A DNA stretch of 64,000 nucleotides. Source: Anaeromyxobacteraceae bacterium (GTDB lineage Bacteria > Myxococcota > Myxococcia > Myxococcales > Anaeromyxobacteraceae). The DNA is taken from the NCBI GenBank assembly GCA_047602405.1, contig JASGHJ010000001.1:1664001-1728000 (forward strand), read 5' to 3'. Under the pieces are notes generated by a model. The model searched no databases, was not told where the DNA came from, and saw only the letters and a list, made by a program, of their open reading frames with translations. The position numbers and the translations under genes were made by a program. Below, piece by piece: positions 53,601-62,986 of this stretch (its first letter is position 1; each line of letters opens with the position of its first letter).

Positions 53601-54130
53601 CCGTCGAGGAGGTGCACCTCGACCGGCCCGGCGCCGCGGTTCTGCAGCCGGCACTCGCGCACGAGCCCGAAGCGCCCGCTCGTGGTCCAGGCGTGGCGGA
53701 ACGCGAGCCCGAGGTCGGCGTTCTCCTCCTCGAAGGCGAGCCGGTTGCCGAGGAGCGGCTTCACGAGCCGGCGCGAGATCCGGTACGCGAGCCGGTCCGC
53801 CTCGACGAACGGGCGCCACAGCGAGCGCCGGCCGCCGCGGCCGACCGCGAGCGCGGTCGCGGGGCCGGTGTGGCCGGCGGCGTCGTGGAGCTTGTCCTCG
53901 GTGACGTAGGGGAAGAGCGCGAGCCCGGGGTGCCGGCGGCCGGCGGTGAGCGCGCCGCGCGAGGACGCGAAGAGCCAGGGGTTCGAGTCGGAGACGACCG
54001 AGACGAGGAACGGCGCGAGCGCCTCGGCGTGCTCGATGGCGTAGGCCGGCTCGCCGAGGTCCTCGACGAGGTGGCCGGAGGGCACGGCGCCGGCGGGCGG
54101 CACCGGGGTGAGGCCGTAGGAGAAGGTCAC
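50663..54130 (-). CDS. GH149-like beta-1,3-glucan phosphorylase
   Basis: LTFSRRHGDPSRPWN, YQGNWRDIFQNWEAL, YWGDHQ, RPEWNDANNAL, YEGLGSIYWHMV and QPGMTGQVKE motifs; about 1155 aa. Confidence 0.82.
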   Translation of the reverse strand: MTFSYGLTPVPPAGAVPSGHLVEDLGEPAYAIEHAEALAPFLVSVVSDSNPWLFASSRGALTAGRRHPGLALFPYVTEDKLHDAAGHTGPATALAVGRGGRRSLWRPFVEADRLAYRISRRLVKPLLGNRLAFEEENADLGLAFRHAWTTSGRFGLVRECRLQNRGAGPVEVHLLDGLLNLLPADVGEELQLRLSSLVDAYKRTERVPGTTLALVTLAAQVVDLPEPKESLHATTVFSLGLPGVRIHLDAGALERFTAGLPLQERDESRGRRGAYLAEATLRLEPGEAVSWTFVADVAQPQRAVVALAEALRARPAALAAEIGEDVRAGAARLRAIVASTDGLQRTADALASAHHLVNVLFNDLRGGVFAHGHEVPTADLSAFVAQASRATAARQARLLGALPSRLPREEVLARAAVPGDPDLERLALEHLPLTFSRRHGDPSRPWNRFDIDVRDGAGELRLAYQGNWRDIFQNWEALAASHPAFLEGMVARFVNASTADGHNPYRISHRGIDWEVPEPGDPWAAIGYWGDHQLVYLARLVEASLRLHPERLPALAERPIFTYAEVPYRIAPFEAMLKDPRKTIAFDEARHERLVGRERELGADGRLLHRRVEGGGEELHRVTLVEKLLVPALAKIASLVPGGGVWMNTGRPEWNDANNALVGWGLSVVTLCHLERYLALLPAFLEPLRGRATALTPQVAAWAEATRAALERHATALEAGDPGDAARGEIMAALGQPASAFREGLYARGLSAPVAAPVDPLLDLVRRARAAVTASLRANRRADGLWHGYNLLAPRGRGAFGVDRLAEMLEGQVAVLGTGVLSDAEACALLDALRASRLWREDQRSYLLYPDRALPRFLEKNVVPSEVVAATPGLLRLLEAGGRGIVARDAAGAVRFDERFTNAEPLAHALDALGATPHDRAEVLAAHEATFHHRAFTGRSGSMFAYEGLGSIYWHMVAKLLLAVQERAVACPDLATRLRLVRHARAIRDGLGGVRKGPQGWGAFPLDPYSHTPAGNGARQPGMTGQVKEEVLSRLLELGVTFEAGRLTFRTALLDPAELLARPETLDVLDPVWPDGQGPARRIEVPAGALAFTLAQVPVVVHRAAEGEPARLQLTWRDGRVDELPGPALDAARTAALLSRRGEVERLDAFLAIQA

Positions 54131-55140
54131 GGGCGGTTCTCCGCCGTCCGCGCGGTCGCGGCTGCGGGCAGGTCGAGGTGGCACCGGACCTGCCGCCCAT
54201 CGGCGAGCGTGCGCGGCGCGGGCTCCTCGCCGCGGCAACGGTCGAGGACCTCCGGGCAGCGGGCCGCGAACGGGCAGCCGTCGGCGGAGGCGCCGGCGGT
54301 CGTGCCCGCCGCCCGGCGCGGGACGTCCTCGAGCGACCCCTCGTCGGCGATGGCCGCGAGGAGCGTGCGCGTGTAGGGGTGGCGCGGGTCACGGACGACG
54401 AGGTCGGCGGGCCCGTCCTCGACCACGCGGCCGCGGTAGAGCACGAGCACGCGGTCGGCGAGGTAGCGCGCGGCGGCGAGGTCGTGCGTGATGAGCAGGA
54501 TCGCGAGGCCCCGCTCCTCCTTCAGCTTCGCGAGCAGGTTGAGGATGCCGATGCGGATCGAGACGTCGAGCATCGACGTCGGCTCGTCGGCGACCAGCAC
54601 GTCCGGCTCGACCGCGAGCGCGCGGGCGATCGCGACGCGCTGGCGCTGGCCGCCGGAGAGCTCGTGCGGTCGCCGGTCGATCATCTCCTCGGCGGGCTCG
54701 AGCCCCACCGTGCGCAGGAGCGCGATCGAGCGCTCGCGCACCTCGGCCTCGGTGCAGCGCCCGTGGCGGAGCAGCGGCCGCGCGAGGTGGTGGGCGACGC
54801 CGTGGACCGGGTTGAGCGAGCCGAACGGATCCTGGAACACCATCTGGACCCGGCGCCGGTAGCCGAGCGAGGCCCGGCGCCGCTCGCGCGCGAGCACGTC
54901 GACGCCGTCGAGCCGGATCTCGCCCGCCTCGGGCTCGGCGAGCCGCACGAGGAGGCGCGCGATGCTCCTCTTCCCGGAGCCCGACTCGCCCACGAGCGCC
55001 ACCGCCTCGCCGCGCCGGACCGCGAACGACACGTCCGCGACCGCGCGGGTCCGCACCCGGCGGCCCAGGAGGCCCCCGGAGGTGAAGGACTTCTCGAGGC
55101 CGACGACCTCGAGGAGCGGCTGACCACTTTGTTCGGTCAC
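54127..55140 (-). CDS. ABC ATPase (OppF-like)
   Basis: GESGSGKRS, MVFQDP, LSGGQRQ, DEPTSMLD, HPYT and CPFAARC. Confidence 0.9.
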   Translation of the reverse strand: MTEQSGQPLLEVVGLEKSFTSGGLLGRRVRTRAVADVSFAVRRGEAVALVGESGSGKRSIARLLVRLAEPEAGEIRLDGVDVLARERRRASLGYRRRVQMVFQDPFGSLNPVHGVAHHLARPLLRHGRCTEAEVRERSIALLRTVGLEPAEEMIDRRPHELSGGQRQRVAIARALAVEPDVLVADEPTSMLDVSIRIGILNLLAKLKEERGLAILLITHDLAAARYLADRVLVLYRGRVVEDGPADLVVRDPRHPYTRTLLAAIADEGSLEDVPRRAAGTTAGASADGCPFAARCPEVLDRCRGEEPAPRTLADGRQVRCHLDLPAAATARTAENRP

Positions 55141-55175
55141 CGGACAAACCTCGCAGGTCCGGGAGGCGCGGTCAA
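55128..55175 (-). promoter_or_regulatory. Promoter and ROK operator site 3 overlapping the start codon
   Basis: Minus strand TTGACC-N18-AGGTTT; TTTGTC-N9-AACAAA at 55148-55128. Confidence 0.65.
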
Positions 55176-55202
55176 GGGAGCGGGCGTAAACCTTCGAGAC
55201 GC

Positions 55203-56120
55203 ATGGCCGCCCTCGACCCCTACCTCCCGCCCGAGGCCCGCGACGCCCGCCTCCGCGCGCTCGCGGAGGGGCTCGGCGGTGAGGTCGTCTCGTTCGGGGA
55301 GAGCGTCGAGGGCCGGCCGCTCCTGGCCGCCCGCGTGCCCGCGCGGACCCCCGACGCGCCGACCGTGCTCTGCGCCGCCGCCATCCACGGCGTCGAGGCG
55401 GTCGCCTCGCACGTCGCGCTCGCGTTCCTCGAGGCGCTCGGCGCGGGTCCCGCCGCGGTGCTCCGCGAGGAGGCGGAGGTCTGGGTCGCGCCCGCGCTCA
55501 ACCCGGACGCGCAGGCGCGCACGTTCGAGGTGCTCGGCCGCGCGAAGGTGAGCGACCTGCGCAAGAACGCGCGCGGCGTCGACCTCAACCGCAACTTCCC
55601 GCTGCCGGGGAACGCCAGGCCCTCGCGCATCCCGTTCGCGGGGAGCGCGCGGCGCTCGGCCGCCACCTACCGCGGCCCGGTGCCCTTCTCGGAGCCGGAG
55701 ACCCGCGCCATCGAGGCGCTCCTCGCGCGCGGGAAGTTCCACGCGCTGGCGTCGCTCCACTCGACGATGGGCACGTTCATCCCGGCCCGCGTCGTGGACC
55801 GGGAGCCGTTCGAGGCGTACGCGCGCCTCCACCGCGCGCTCGCCGGCGCGCAGCGGTTCCCCTACCGCCTCCTGCACAGCCGCACCTTCGACGTCTTCAC
55901 CGGCGAGCTCGAGGACCACGCGCACCACCACCACCGCGCGTGGGCGGCGTGTGTCGAGGTCTACCCGCTCTGGGCGGACGCCGCGACGCGGCTCGGCGCG
56001 ACCGCCTTCTGGCGCTTCAACCCGCGGCGGCCGGACCTGTGGGCCGCGAACGACGTGCCCGCGCTCGCGGCCTACTTCCGCGCGGCGCTCGCGCTGCCGC
56101 GCCCGGACGGAGGGCTGTGA
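55203..56120 (+). CDS. M14 zinc carboxypeptidase family protein
   Basis: HGVE, NPD, NARGVDLNRNF, SEPET and SLHS motifs. Confidence 0.88.
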   Translation: MAALDPYLPPEARDARLRALAEGLGGEVVSFGESVEGRPLLAARVPARTPDAPTVLCAAAIHGVEAVASHVALAFLEALGAGPAAVLREEAEVWVAPALNPDAQARTFEVLGRAKVSDLRKNARGVDLNRNFPLPGNARPSRIPFAGSARRSAATYRGPVPFSEPETRAIEALLARGKFHALASLHSTMGTFIPARVVDREPFEAYARLHRALAGAQRFPYRLLHSRTFDVFTGELEDHAHHHHRAWAACVEVYPLWADAATRLGATAFWRFNPRRPDLWAANDVPALAAYFRAALALPRPDGGL

Positions 56121-57188
56121 CCGTGGACGAGCCGACCGGCCTCTTCAGCGTGGCGCGCCTGCCCGACCAGTGGTTCCCGCTCGCGACCTCGCGCGAGCTC
56201 CGGGCCCGGCCCCTCGCGCGCACGCTCCACGGCGTGCCGCTCGTGCTCTTCCGCGGCGCCGACGGCGCGCCGGCCGCGCTCGTCGACCGCTGCCCGCACC
56301 GGAACGTGCCGCTCTCGCTCGGCGCACGGACCGGCGGCGGCGAGCTCCGGTGCGCCTACCACGGCTGGCGGTTCGCCGCCGGCGGGGCCTGCACGGCCAT
56401 CCCCGGGCTCGCGCGTGGGGAGGTCTCCGCCCCGGGGCGCGACGCGGTTCCCCACGCCGCCCTCGAGCGCGACGGCCTCGTGTGGGTCTGGTCGACCGCC
56501 GGCGCGCGGCCGACCGCGCCCGAGCCGTTCCGGTTCCCGCACGTCGACGACCCCCGCTACACGACGGTCCGCCACACCCAGGTGCTCACCGGCACGGTGC
56601 ACGGCGCGGTCGAGAACGCGCTCGACGTCCCGCACACCGCCTTCCTCCACGGCGGGCTCTTCCGCACGCCGAGGCGGCGCCACGTCGTCGAGGTCGTCCT
56701 TCGCCGCGGCGCCGACCGCGTCGAGGCCGAGTACGTCGGCGAGCCGCGCCCGACCGGCGTGCTCGGGCGGCTGCTCGCGCCGGGCGGCGGCACGGTGGAA
56801 CACTTCGACCGGTTCCTCCTGCCGTGCCTCTCCCAGGTGGAGTACCGGATGGGACAGCGTGACCTTAAGTCACATCTCGTCGTCACCACCGCCTTCACCC
56901 CCGAGACCGACGACCGGGTGCGGCTTCTTCAGCGCGGTGAGCTTCCGGCTCCCGCTGCCGGGGTGGCTCGTGCGCCCGTTCGTCGGCCCCCTCGCCATGA
57001 AGGTGCTGCGCCAGGACGCCTGGATGCTCGCGGCGCAGGTCGAGAACGTGAAGCGGTTCGGCGGGGAACGCTTCGCCCACACCGAGCTCGACGTCCTCGG
57101 CCCGCACGTGTGGCACCTCCTGCGCCGCGCCGCGCGGGGGGAGCGCGGCGAACCGTCCGAGCCTGCGCGCCGGAAGATGGAAGTCTGA
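56117..57188 (+). CDS. Rieske non-heme iron oxygenase alpha subunit (apparent +1 frameshift near 56926)
   Basis: CPH...CAYHGW Rieske motif and ENALDVPHTAFLH; QD in the next frame. Confidence 0.85.
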
Positions 57189-57251
57189 GGGCCGCGCGAC
57201 CTCGGGAAACTCCCAGCTTCTCTGTCCGTGTACGGCGTGCAGGATCGGCGC

Positions 57252-58346
57252 GTGACCCGCGCCACCACCCTCGCCGCCCTCCTCGTGTTCGCCCTCGTCC
57301 CTCGCCCCGCCCGGGCGGAGGAGAAGATCGTCCGCGTCTACAACTGGGCGGACTACATCGCCGACGACACCCTCTCCGGCTTCGAGAAGGCGACCGGCAT
57401 CAAGGTCGTCTACGAGACCTTCACGTCGAACGAGGAGGTCCAGGAGAAGCTCGTCGCCGGCCAGGGGGGCTACGACGTCGTCATCCCGTCCTCGATGTGG
57501 GGGAAGCAGCAGGCGGCGGAGGGGCTGCTCCGCCCCATCGAGAAGTCGCGGGTCACGAACCTGCGCAACCTCGACCCGCAGCTGCAGGGACGCCTCGCCA
57601 GGCTCGACCCCGGGAACCGCTACCTCGTGCCGTGGCTCTGGGGGTTCACGACGGTCGGCATCGACGTCGCGCGCGTGAAGAAGGCGCTCGGCGGCCTCCC
57701 CATGCCGGAGAACGCCTGGGACCTCCTCTTCAAGAAGGCCTACGTCTCGCGGCTCAGGTCCTGCGGCGTGTCGGTGCTCGACTCGCCGACCGAGCTCGTC
57801 CCCATGGTGCTCCACTACCTCGGCCGCCCGCCTCACTCGGGCGCCATCGAGGACTACGCGGGGGTGCAGCAGCTCCTGCTCGAGATCCGGCCGTACGTGA
57901 CCCGCTTCGGCGTCGACTACATCGACGACCTCGCCGCCGGGAAGGTGTGCCTCGTGCTCGGCTACTCCGGCGACATCAACGTCGCGAAGCGGCGCGCGCG
58001 GGAGCGGAAGACCGGCCGGGACATCCAGGCGCTCCTGCCGTCGACGGGGGCCGTGCTCTTCGTGGACACGATGGCGATCCCGAAGAAGGCGCCGCACCCG
58101 GAGAACGCGCACCGGTTCATCGACTACGTCCTGCGCCCGGAGGTGCACGCCGGGCTCACGAACAAGATCTTCTACGCGAACCCCAACGCGTCCTCGATGC
58201 CGTTCGTGAACCCTGAGGTCGCGAGGGAGCCGACGGTGTTCCCTCCCCCGGCGGAGCTCGACAGGATGGTGATGCCCGACGTGCTCTCCGACGAGGCGCG
58301 CCGGCTGATGTCGCGGATCTTCGCGAAGTTCAAGGCGGGGAGGTAG
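57252..58346 (+). CDS. Polyamine ABC solute-binding protein (PotD/PotF-like)
   Basis: VYNWADYI, FEKATGIKV, GYDVV, YSGD and DTMAIPK motifs. Confidence 0.88.
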   Translation: MTRATTLAALLVFALVPRPARAEEKIVRVYNWADYIADDTLSGFEKATGIKVVYETFTSNEEVQEKLVAGQGGYDVVIPSSMWGKQQAAEGLLRPIEKSRVTNLRNLDPQLQGRLARLDPGNRYLVPWLWGFTTVGIDVARVKKALGGLPMPENAWDLLFKKAYVSRLRSCGVSVLDSPTELVPMVLHYLGRPPHSGAIEDYAGVQQLLLEIRPYVTRFGVDYIDDLAAGKVCLVLGYSGDINVAKRRARERKTGRDIQALLPSTGAVLFVDTMAIPKKAPHPENAHRFIDYVLRPEVHAGLTNKIFYANPNASSMPFVNPEVAREPTVFPPPAELDRMVMPDVLSDEARRLMSRIFAKFKAGR

Positions 58347-58349
58347 CGG

Positions 58350-59456
58350 TCAGATCGGCGGGCGCGCGCGGTCGCCGTAGCCGGTGAGCTCGACGTAGCC
58401 CTCGCCGGCGGCGGCGCCGTCGGGGTCGAGGATCCGCACCGGCCCCTCCCAGTACGCGAGCCCGGGCACGAGGCGCGAGACGTTCTCGCTCGCCTTCACC
58501 TCCGGCACGACCCGCACCCGGACGCCGGCGCCGGGGACGGCGACGTCCCAGCCGGACGGGTAGTCGGCGCCGGTCTCGGGGCTCCTCCAGCGGCCGAGGG
58601 CGGTCGCGGTCCATTCGGCGGCGCCGAGCCAGCGGACGGTGCCGTCGCGCTCGACGAGCGTGGCCTTCTTGAAGTCGGCCGCGCCGTCGGCGCGGCGGAG
58701 CGCGTAGAGCATGAGGTCGCGACCGTCGGCGAGGCGCAGGCTCCACCAGTCCCAGCCGACCTGCGACGGGGCGAGCTGAGAGGAGCCGAACTCCTTGTCC
58801 ATCCAGGAGGTGCCGCGCACGCGGTGGCGCTTCCCGGAGAGCTCGAGGGTGCCCTCGGTCGCGAGGCGCGTGAGCGAGTAGTACGAGGACGCGTAGCCCT
58901 CGACGTCGCTCTTCCGCGAGTAGCCGTTCGGGCCCTGCAGCGTGGGCGGCCGCGCCGCGGCGGCGGTGAGCGCGAGGCCGAGGCCGCGCGCGGCGTCGCG
59001 TGCGTCGAGCCGGAAGGTCGCGTCGCCATCCAGCGCGAGCGACCAGCGGCCCTCCTGGCCCGCCGGCGGGCGCGCCCAGGCGAGCACCGGGTCCGGCGCG
59101 GCGCCGAGGCCCGCGAGGAGCGGCGTGCGGCGCCAGAGGACCTCGGAGAACGCGTGCGCGCCGGTCGCGACGTCGGTCACCGCGAGGTGGACCATGACCG
59201 CGCCGCCGCTCGCCCAGGCGGAGTCCACCCGCGGCGGATCCGGCACGAGCCCGACCGAGAAGAAGGTGAGCTGGTACCCGAAGCGCCGCCCGGGCTCGTC
59301 GAGCGACTCGAGCGTGCCGGTGAGGTACCACCACTCGGTGCGGTGGCCGGGGTGGGCCCAGTGATCGCGCGGGAAGGACCAGGTGCGCGCGGGATCCGCG
59401 GGGAGCCAGGCGGCGAGCGGGAGCGCGAGGAGCGCGGCGAGGATCCTAGAGCGCAT
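58350..59456 (-). CDS. AttH/CrtC-like lipocalin-fold secreted protein
   Basis: FPRDH, EWWY, SYYYS, WMDKEF, GWDWW, YWEG and GYVELTGY motifs. Confidence 0.85.
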   Translation of the reverse strand: MRSRILAALLALPLAAWLPADPARTWSFPRDHWAHPGHRTEWWYLTGTLESLDEPGRRFGYQLTFFSVGLVPDPPRVDSAWASGGAVMVHLAVTDVATGAHAFSEVLWRRTPLLAGLGAAPDPVLAWARPPAGQEGRWSLALDGDATFRLDARDAARGLGLALTAAAARPPTLQGPNGYSRKSDVEGYASSYYSLTRLATEGTLELSGKRHRVRGTSWMDKEFGSSQLAPSQVGWDWWSLRLADGRDLMLYALRRADGAADFKKATLVERDGTVRWLGAAEWTATALGRWRSPETGADYPSGWDVAVPGAGVRVRVVPEVKASENVSRLVPGLAYWEGPVRILDPDGAAAGEGYVELTGYGDRARPPI

Positions 59457-62130
59457 CTCGGGAGAGCTCCTGCACCGGCGTCCGGCTCGCCGCGGCGGCG
59501 GGGTAGAGGCTCGCGGCGACCGCCGCCGCGAGGATGGTGCCGGCCTGGACCGCGAGGGCGCCCCACGGCACGTGCACGCCGAGCGTCCAGCCGAAGAACG
59601 CCGGGTTCACGACCTCGACCAGCACCCACGCGAGGCCGGCGCCGCCCGCCGCGCCGGCGGCGAGCCCCGCCGCGCCGATGGCGAGGCCGCGCCCGACGAA
59701 CACGCGGAACAGCTGGGGCCGGCTCGCGCCGAGCGCGCGGTAGAGCGCGAGCTCGCCGCGGCGCTCGCGAGCGAGCACGAGGAGCGAGAGCGCCACGCCG
59801 GCGGCCGCGATGAGGAGCCCCATCGCCTGGAGCAGGCGGGTGACCGCGAAGGTCTCGTCGAAGATCTTCAGCACCTCGCCGCGGAGCGTGCGGTTCGAGC
59901 GGATGAGGAGCGGCTGGCCCGCCATCCGCGACCGCAGCGCGTCCACCGTCGCCTCGACGTCGGCGCCGGGCGCGAGGTGCAGCGCCGCGTTCTGCGGCGG
60001 GCCCTCGCCGAAGATCCGCGCGAAGGTCGCGAGGTCCACGAGCACCGCGCCGGCCTCGTTGCCGTAGTCCCGGTAGACGCCGGCGACCGGGAGGCGCACC
60101 TCGCCGGCGGGGCCGCGCACCGGGATGGTGGCGCCCGGAGCGGTCGGCAACAGCCCCTCGCGCCGCGCGAGCGGCTCGGAGACGAGCGCGGCGCCCTCGG
60201 TCGCGAGTCGCCGGAACGCCTCCTGCTCCCTCGACTCCCCGGTCGCTTCGCGACCGCCGCGCCCGGGATGAGCGGACTGTTCGACCAGCTCGGCCCGCGC
60301 GCGCCGGATCCCCGCCGCGACGCCGCTCACGGTCACCCGCCCGGTGCGCCCGGCGACCTGCGCCTGGCGGAGCAGATCGAGGCCGTCGAGCCCGGGCGTC
60401 GCGCGCAGCGCGTCCACGACCGCGGGGGTGAGCGTGGCCTCGCCGCGGGCGAGCCGCCACGAGGGCGTCGTGACGTACACGTCCGCCATGAGGGTGCGGT
60501 CGAGCCAGCCGGTCACGGTGCCCCGGAAGCTCCCGACCATCACGGTCACGCCCGCGAGCATCGCGACCGAGACCGCGAGGGCGCCGGTCGCGACCGAGGC
60601 CGCCGAGGGCCGCGCGCCGAGCGTGAACAGGCCGTACGAGACGCCGAGCCGGTGCGGCCGGCCGAGCCGCGCGAGGAGCCGGAGCGCCGTCGGGGCCGCG
60701 AGCGGCACCGCGGCGAGCACGCCGAGGGCGAGCGCGAACCCGCTCGGGCGCCAGCGGCCGTCCAGCGCGACGTGGACGGCGACCCCTGCGAGGAGCGCCG
60801 CCGCCGCGCCCGCGAGCAGCCGAGGCGCGCCCGCCCGCGCCCGCTCCTCGACGCCGAGCGTGGAGAGCAGGGCGCGAGGGTCCTTCCGCGCCGCGTCGAG
60901 CCCGGGCGCGATCGCGCCGGCCACCGCCCCTGCGACGCCGGTCGCGAGCCCGACGAGCGCGAGCCACGGGTCGAGCTCCACGCGCTCGATGCCCTCGAGC
61001 AGGTAGACGTTCCGGAGGGTGCCGGACACGGCGCCCACGTTCGCGGCCGCCGCGAGCCAGCCGAGCGGCAGCCCGAGCGCGGTGCCGGCGGCGCCGAGCA
61101 GCGCCGCCTCCCCGAGCACGAGCCCGAGCACCTGCCCGCGGGTCGCGCCGACGGCGCGCAGGATGCCGAGCTCCTCCCGCCGCCGCGCGAGCGAGGCCCG
61201 CACCGAGGCGTACACGAGGAAGCCGCCCACGAGGAGCGACACGAGCGAGAGCGCGGTCAGGTTGAGCCGGAAGGCCGCGAGCAGCCCGGAGGCCTCGGCC
61301 ACCCGCTGCTCCGGCGCGACCACCCGCGCGCGCTCGCCGAGCCGGGCCTGGAGCCGCGCGGACAGCTCCGCGACCGGCACCCCCTTCGCGGCCGTCACGT
61401 CGATCTGGTGGATCCGCCCGCGCACGCCGAGGAGCCCCTGCGCCTGCGCGATGTCCATGACGGCGAGCCGGCGGGAGGCGAGCGGCGCGAGCTTGCGGAA
61501 GTCGACGAGGGCGCCGACGACGAGCGCGGCCCGCCGCGCGCCGAGCGAGACCTCGAACCGGTCGCCCACCTTCCACCCGTGCGCCGCCGCGAGCTCCGGC
61601 GTCACGGCGACCCAGCCCGGCGTGCCGAGCGCCGCGGCGAGCCCGCCCTGACTCGCTGGGACCGGGGCCCCACCCCCGGTCCGGACCCCAGGTGCGTCGC
61701 CCGACGGCAGCCGCCACGGCACGCGCACGGGCGCGACGAGGTCCGCGCCGACGAGCTCGAGGTCGGCGTCGCCCGCCGGCGCGCGGCCGCCCGGCCGCTC
61801 GAGCGCCACCGGCGCCCGCCACATCGCGAGCGCGCCCGCGACGCCCCCGGTCGAGAGCACCTCCCCGAGGAGCGCCTCGTCGAGGAAGCCCGCCGGCCCG
61901 AGCACGGTGAGGTCGGCGTCGCCCGAGACCGCGCGCACGGTGCCGGCGAACGCGCCGAGCGCGCTCCGGTTGAGGAGCTGGATCGAGACGACCGAGGCGA
62001 CCCCGAGCGCGATGCCGCCGACCGCGAGCAGGAACAGCGCCCGCCCGGCGCGGAACTCGTGCGAGAGGGCGCTCATCCTGAGCGCAGCGGTCGCGAAGCG
62101 GCCGCGGAGTCGAAGGAGGTACCGGCGCAC
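59446..62130 (-). CDS. FtsX/MacB-type ABC permease (AttF/G-like)
   Basis: Two FtsX domains (RRREELGILRAVGA and ERRGELALYRALGA). Confidence 0.88.
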   Translation of the reverse strand: MRRYLLRLRGRFATAALRMSALSHEFRAGRALFLLAVGGIALGVASVVSIQLLNRSALGAFAGTVRAVSGDADLTVLGPAGFLDEALLGEVLSTGGVAGALAMWRAPVALERPGGRAPAGDADLELVGADLVAPVRVPWRLPSGDAPGVRTGGGAPVPASQGGLAAALGTPGWVAVTPELAAAHGWKVGDRFEVSLGARRAALVVGALVDFRKLAPLASRRLAVMDIAQAQGLLGVRGRIHQIDVTAAKGVPVAELSARLQARLGERARVVAPEQRVAEASGLLAAFRLNLTALSLVSLLVGGFLVYASVRASLARRREELGILRAVGATRGQVLGLVLGEAALLGAAGTALGLPLGWLAAAANVGAVSGTLRNVYLLEGIERVELDPWLALVGLATGVAGAVAGAIAPGLDAARKDPRALLSTLGVEERARAGAPRLLAGAAAALLAGVAVHVALDGRWRPSGFALALGVLAAVPLAAPTALRLLARLGRPHRLGVSYGLFTLGARPSAASVATGALAVSVAMLAGVTVMVGSFRGTVTGWLDRTLMADVYVTTPSWRLARGEATLTPAVVDALRATPGLDGLDLLRQAQVAGRTGRVTVSGVAAGIRRARAELVEQSAHPGRGGREATGESREQEAFRRLATEGAALVSEPLARREGLLPTAPGATIPVRGPAGEVRLPVAGVYRDYGNEAGAVLVDLATFARIFGEGPPQNAALHLAPGADVEATVDALRSRMAGQPLLIRSNRTLRGEVLKIFDETFAVTRLLQAMGLLIAAAGVALSLLVLARERRGELALYRALGASRPQLFRVFVGRGLAIGAAGLAAGAAGGAGLAWVLVEVVNPAFFGWTLGVHVPWGALAVQAGTILAAAVAASLYPAAAASRTPVQELSRDAL
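60228..60275 (+). repeat. REP-like element, copy 7 (in frame inside permease)
   Basis: CCCTCGACTCCC-CGGTCGCTTCGCGACCG-CCGCGCCCGGGATGAGCGG, 48 bp. Confidence 0.7.
62070..62116 (-). repeat. REP-like element, copy 8 (permease N-terminus)
   Basis: Reverse complement reads CCTTCGACTCCG-CGGCCGCTTCGCGACCG-CTGCGCTCAGGATGAGCG. Confidence 0.8.
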
Positions 62131-62131
62131 C

Positions 62132-62809
62132 TCAGGCCTCGCGCCGGCCGGAGTGCAGCGTCCAGACCGCGTCGGCCCGCGCGGCGAGCTCCTTCGAGTG
62201 GGTCACGTAGAGGAGCGCGGCCTGCTCCTCCCGGGCGACCGCGAGCAGGAGCTCCATCACCCGCTCGCCGTTCTCCTCGTCGAGGTTGCCGGTCGGCTCG
62301 TCGGCGAGGAGGAGCGGCGGCCGGCGCAGGAGCGCGCGGCAGAGCGCGACCCGCTGCATCTCGCCGCCGGAGAGCTTCCCGACGGCGTCGCGCGCGCGCC
62401 CGCCGAGGCCGACCCTGCCGAGGAGCTCCCGCGCCCGCGCCTCGGCCGCGGCCGGCGGGTCGCCCGCGACGAGCGCCGGCACGAGCACGTTCTCGGCGCA
62501 GGAGAGGTGCGGGAGCAGGTGGAAGAACTGGAAGACGAGGCCGACCTGGTCGCGGCGGACCCGCGTGCGCTCCGCGTCGGACATCGGGCCGAGCGCGCGC
62601 CCGGCGACGAGCACCTCGCCGGCGTCCGCCGCGTCGATCCCCGCGGCGAGGTGGACGAGCGTGGACTTGCCCGAGCCGCTCCGGCCGGTGACGGCGACCG
62701 CCTGTCCCGCCTCGACGGTGCCGGACACACCCCTCAGGGCGCGGAGCGGCTCGGCCCCACCCGTCGGGTACGACCGGACGACGTCGCGGAACTCCAGCAC
62801 GGGGGCCAT
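62132..62809 (-). CDS. LolD/AttE-like ABC ATPase
   Basis: GRSGSGKST, LVFQFFHL, LSGGEMQR and DEPTGNLD motifs. Confidence 0.92.
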   Translation of the reverse strand: MAPVLEFRDVVRSYPTGGAEPLRALRGVSGTVEAGQAVAVTGRSGSGKSTLVHLAAGIDAADAGEVLVAGRALGPMSDAERTRVRRDQVGLVFQFFHLLPHLSCAENVLVPALVAGDPPAAAEARARELLGRVGLGGRARDAVGKLSGGEMQRVALCRALLRRPPLLLADEPTGNLDEENGERVMELLLAVAREEQAALLYVTHSKELAARADAVWTLHSGRREA

Positions 62810-62986
62810 GGAGCCCCGCTGCTTAGGGCCGCCGGAGGCGTCGATCAAGGGGAACCGATGCCGGAAGGGGTGTGTGCGGCAGGTCACGGAAAGCGCTCGT
62901 GCACCGCGGATAGCCTGAACCCGCTCACCCCGGACGTGGCCGACGCGCAGCGGCGGCGGCGTCGAAGGACGAAAGGGAGACGACCC

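Noticed and set aside
61659..61682. Hairpin GGACCGGGG...CCCCGGTCC inside the permease as a second insertion family
   Set aside because: No convincing second copy in the window; could be chance in GC-rich DNA.
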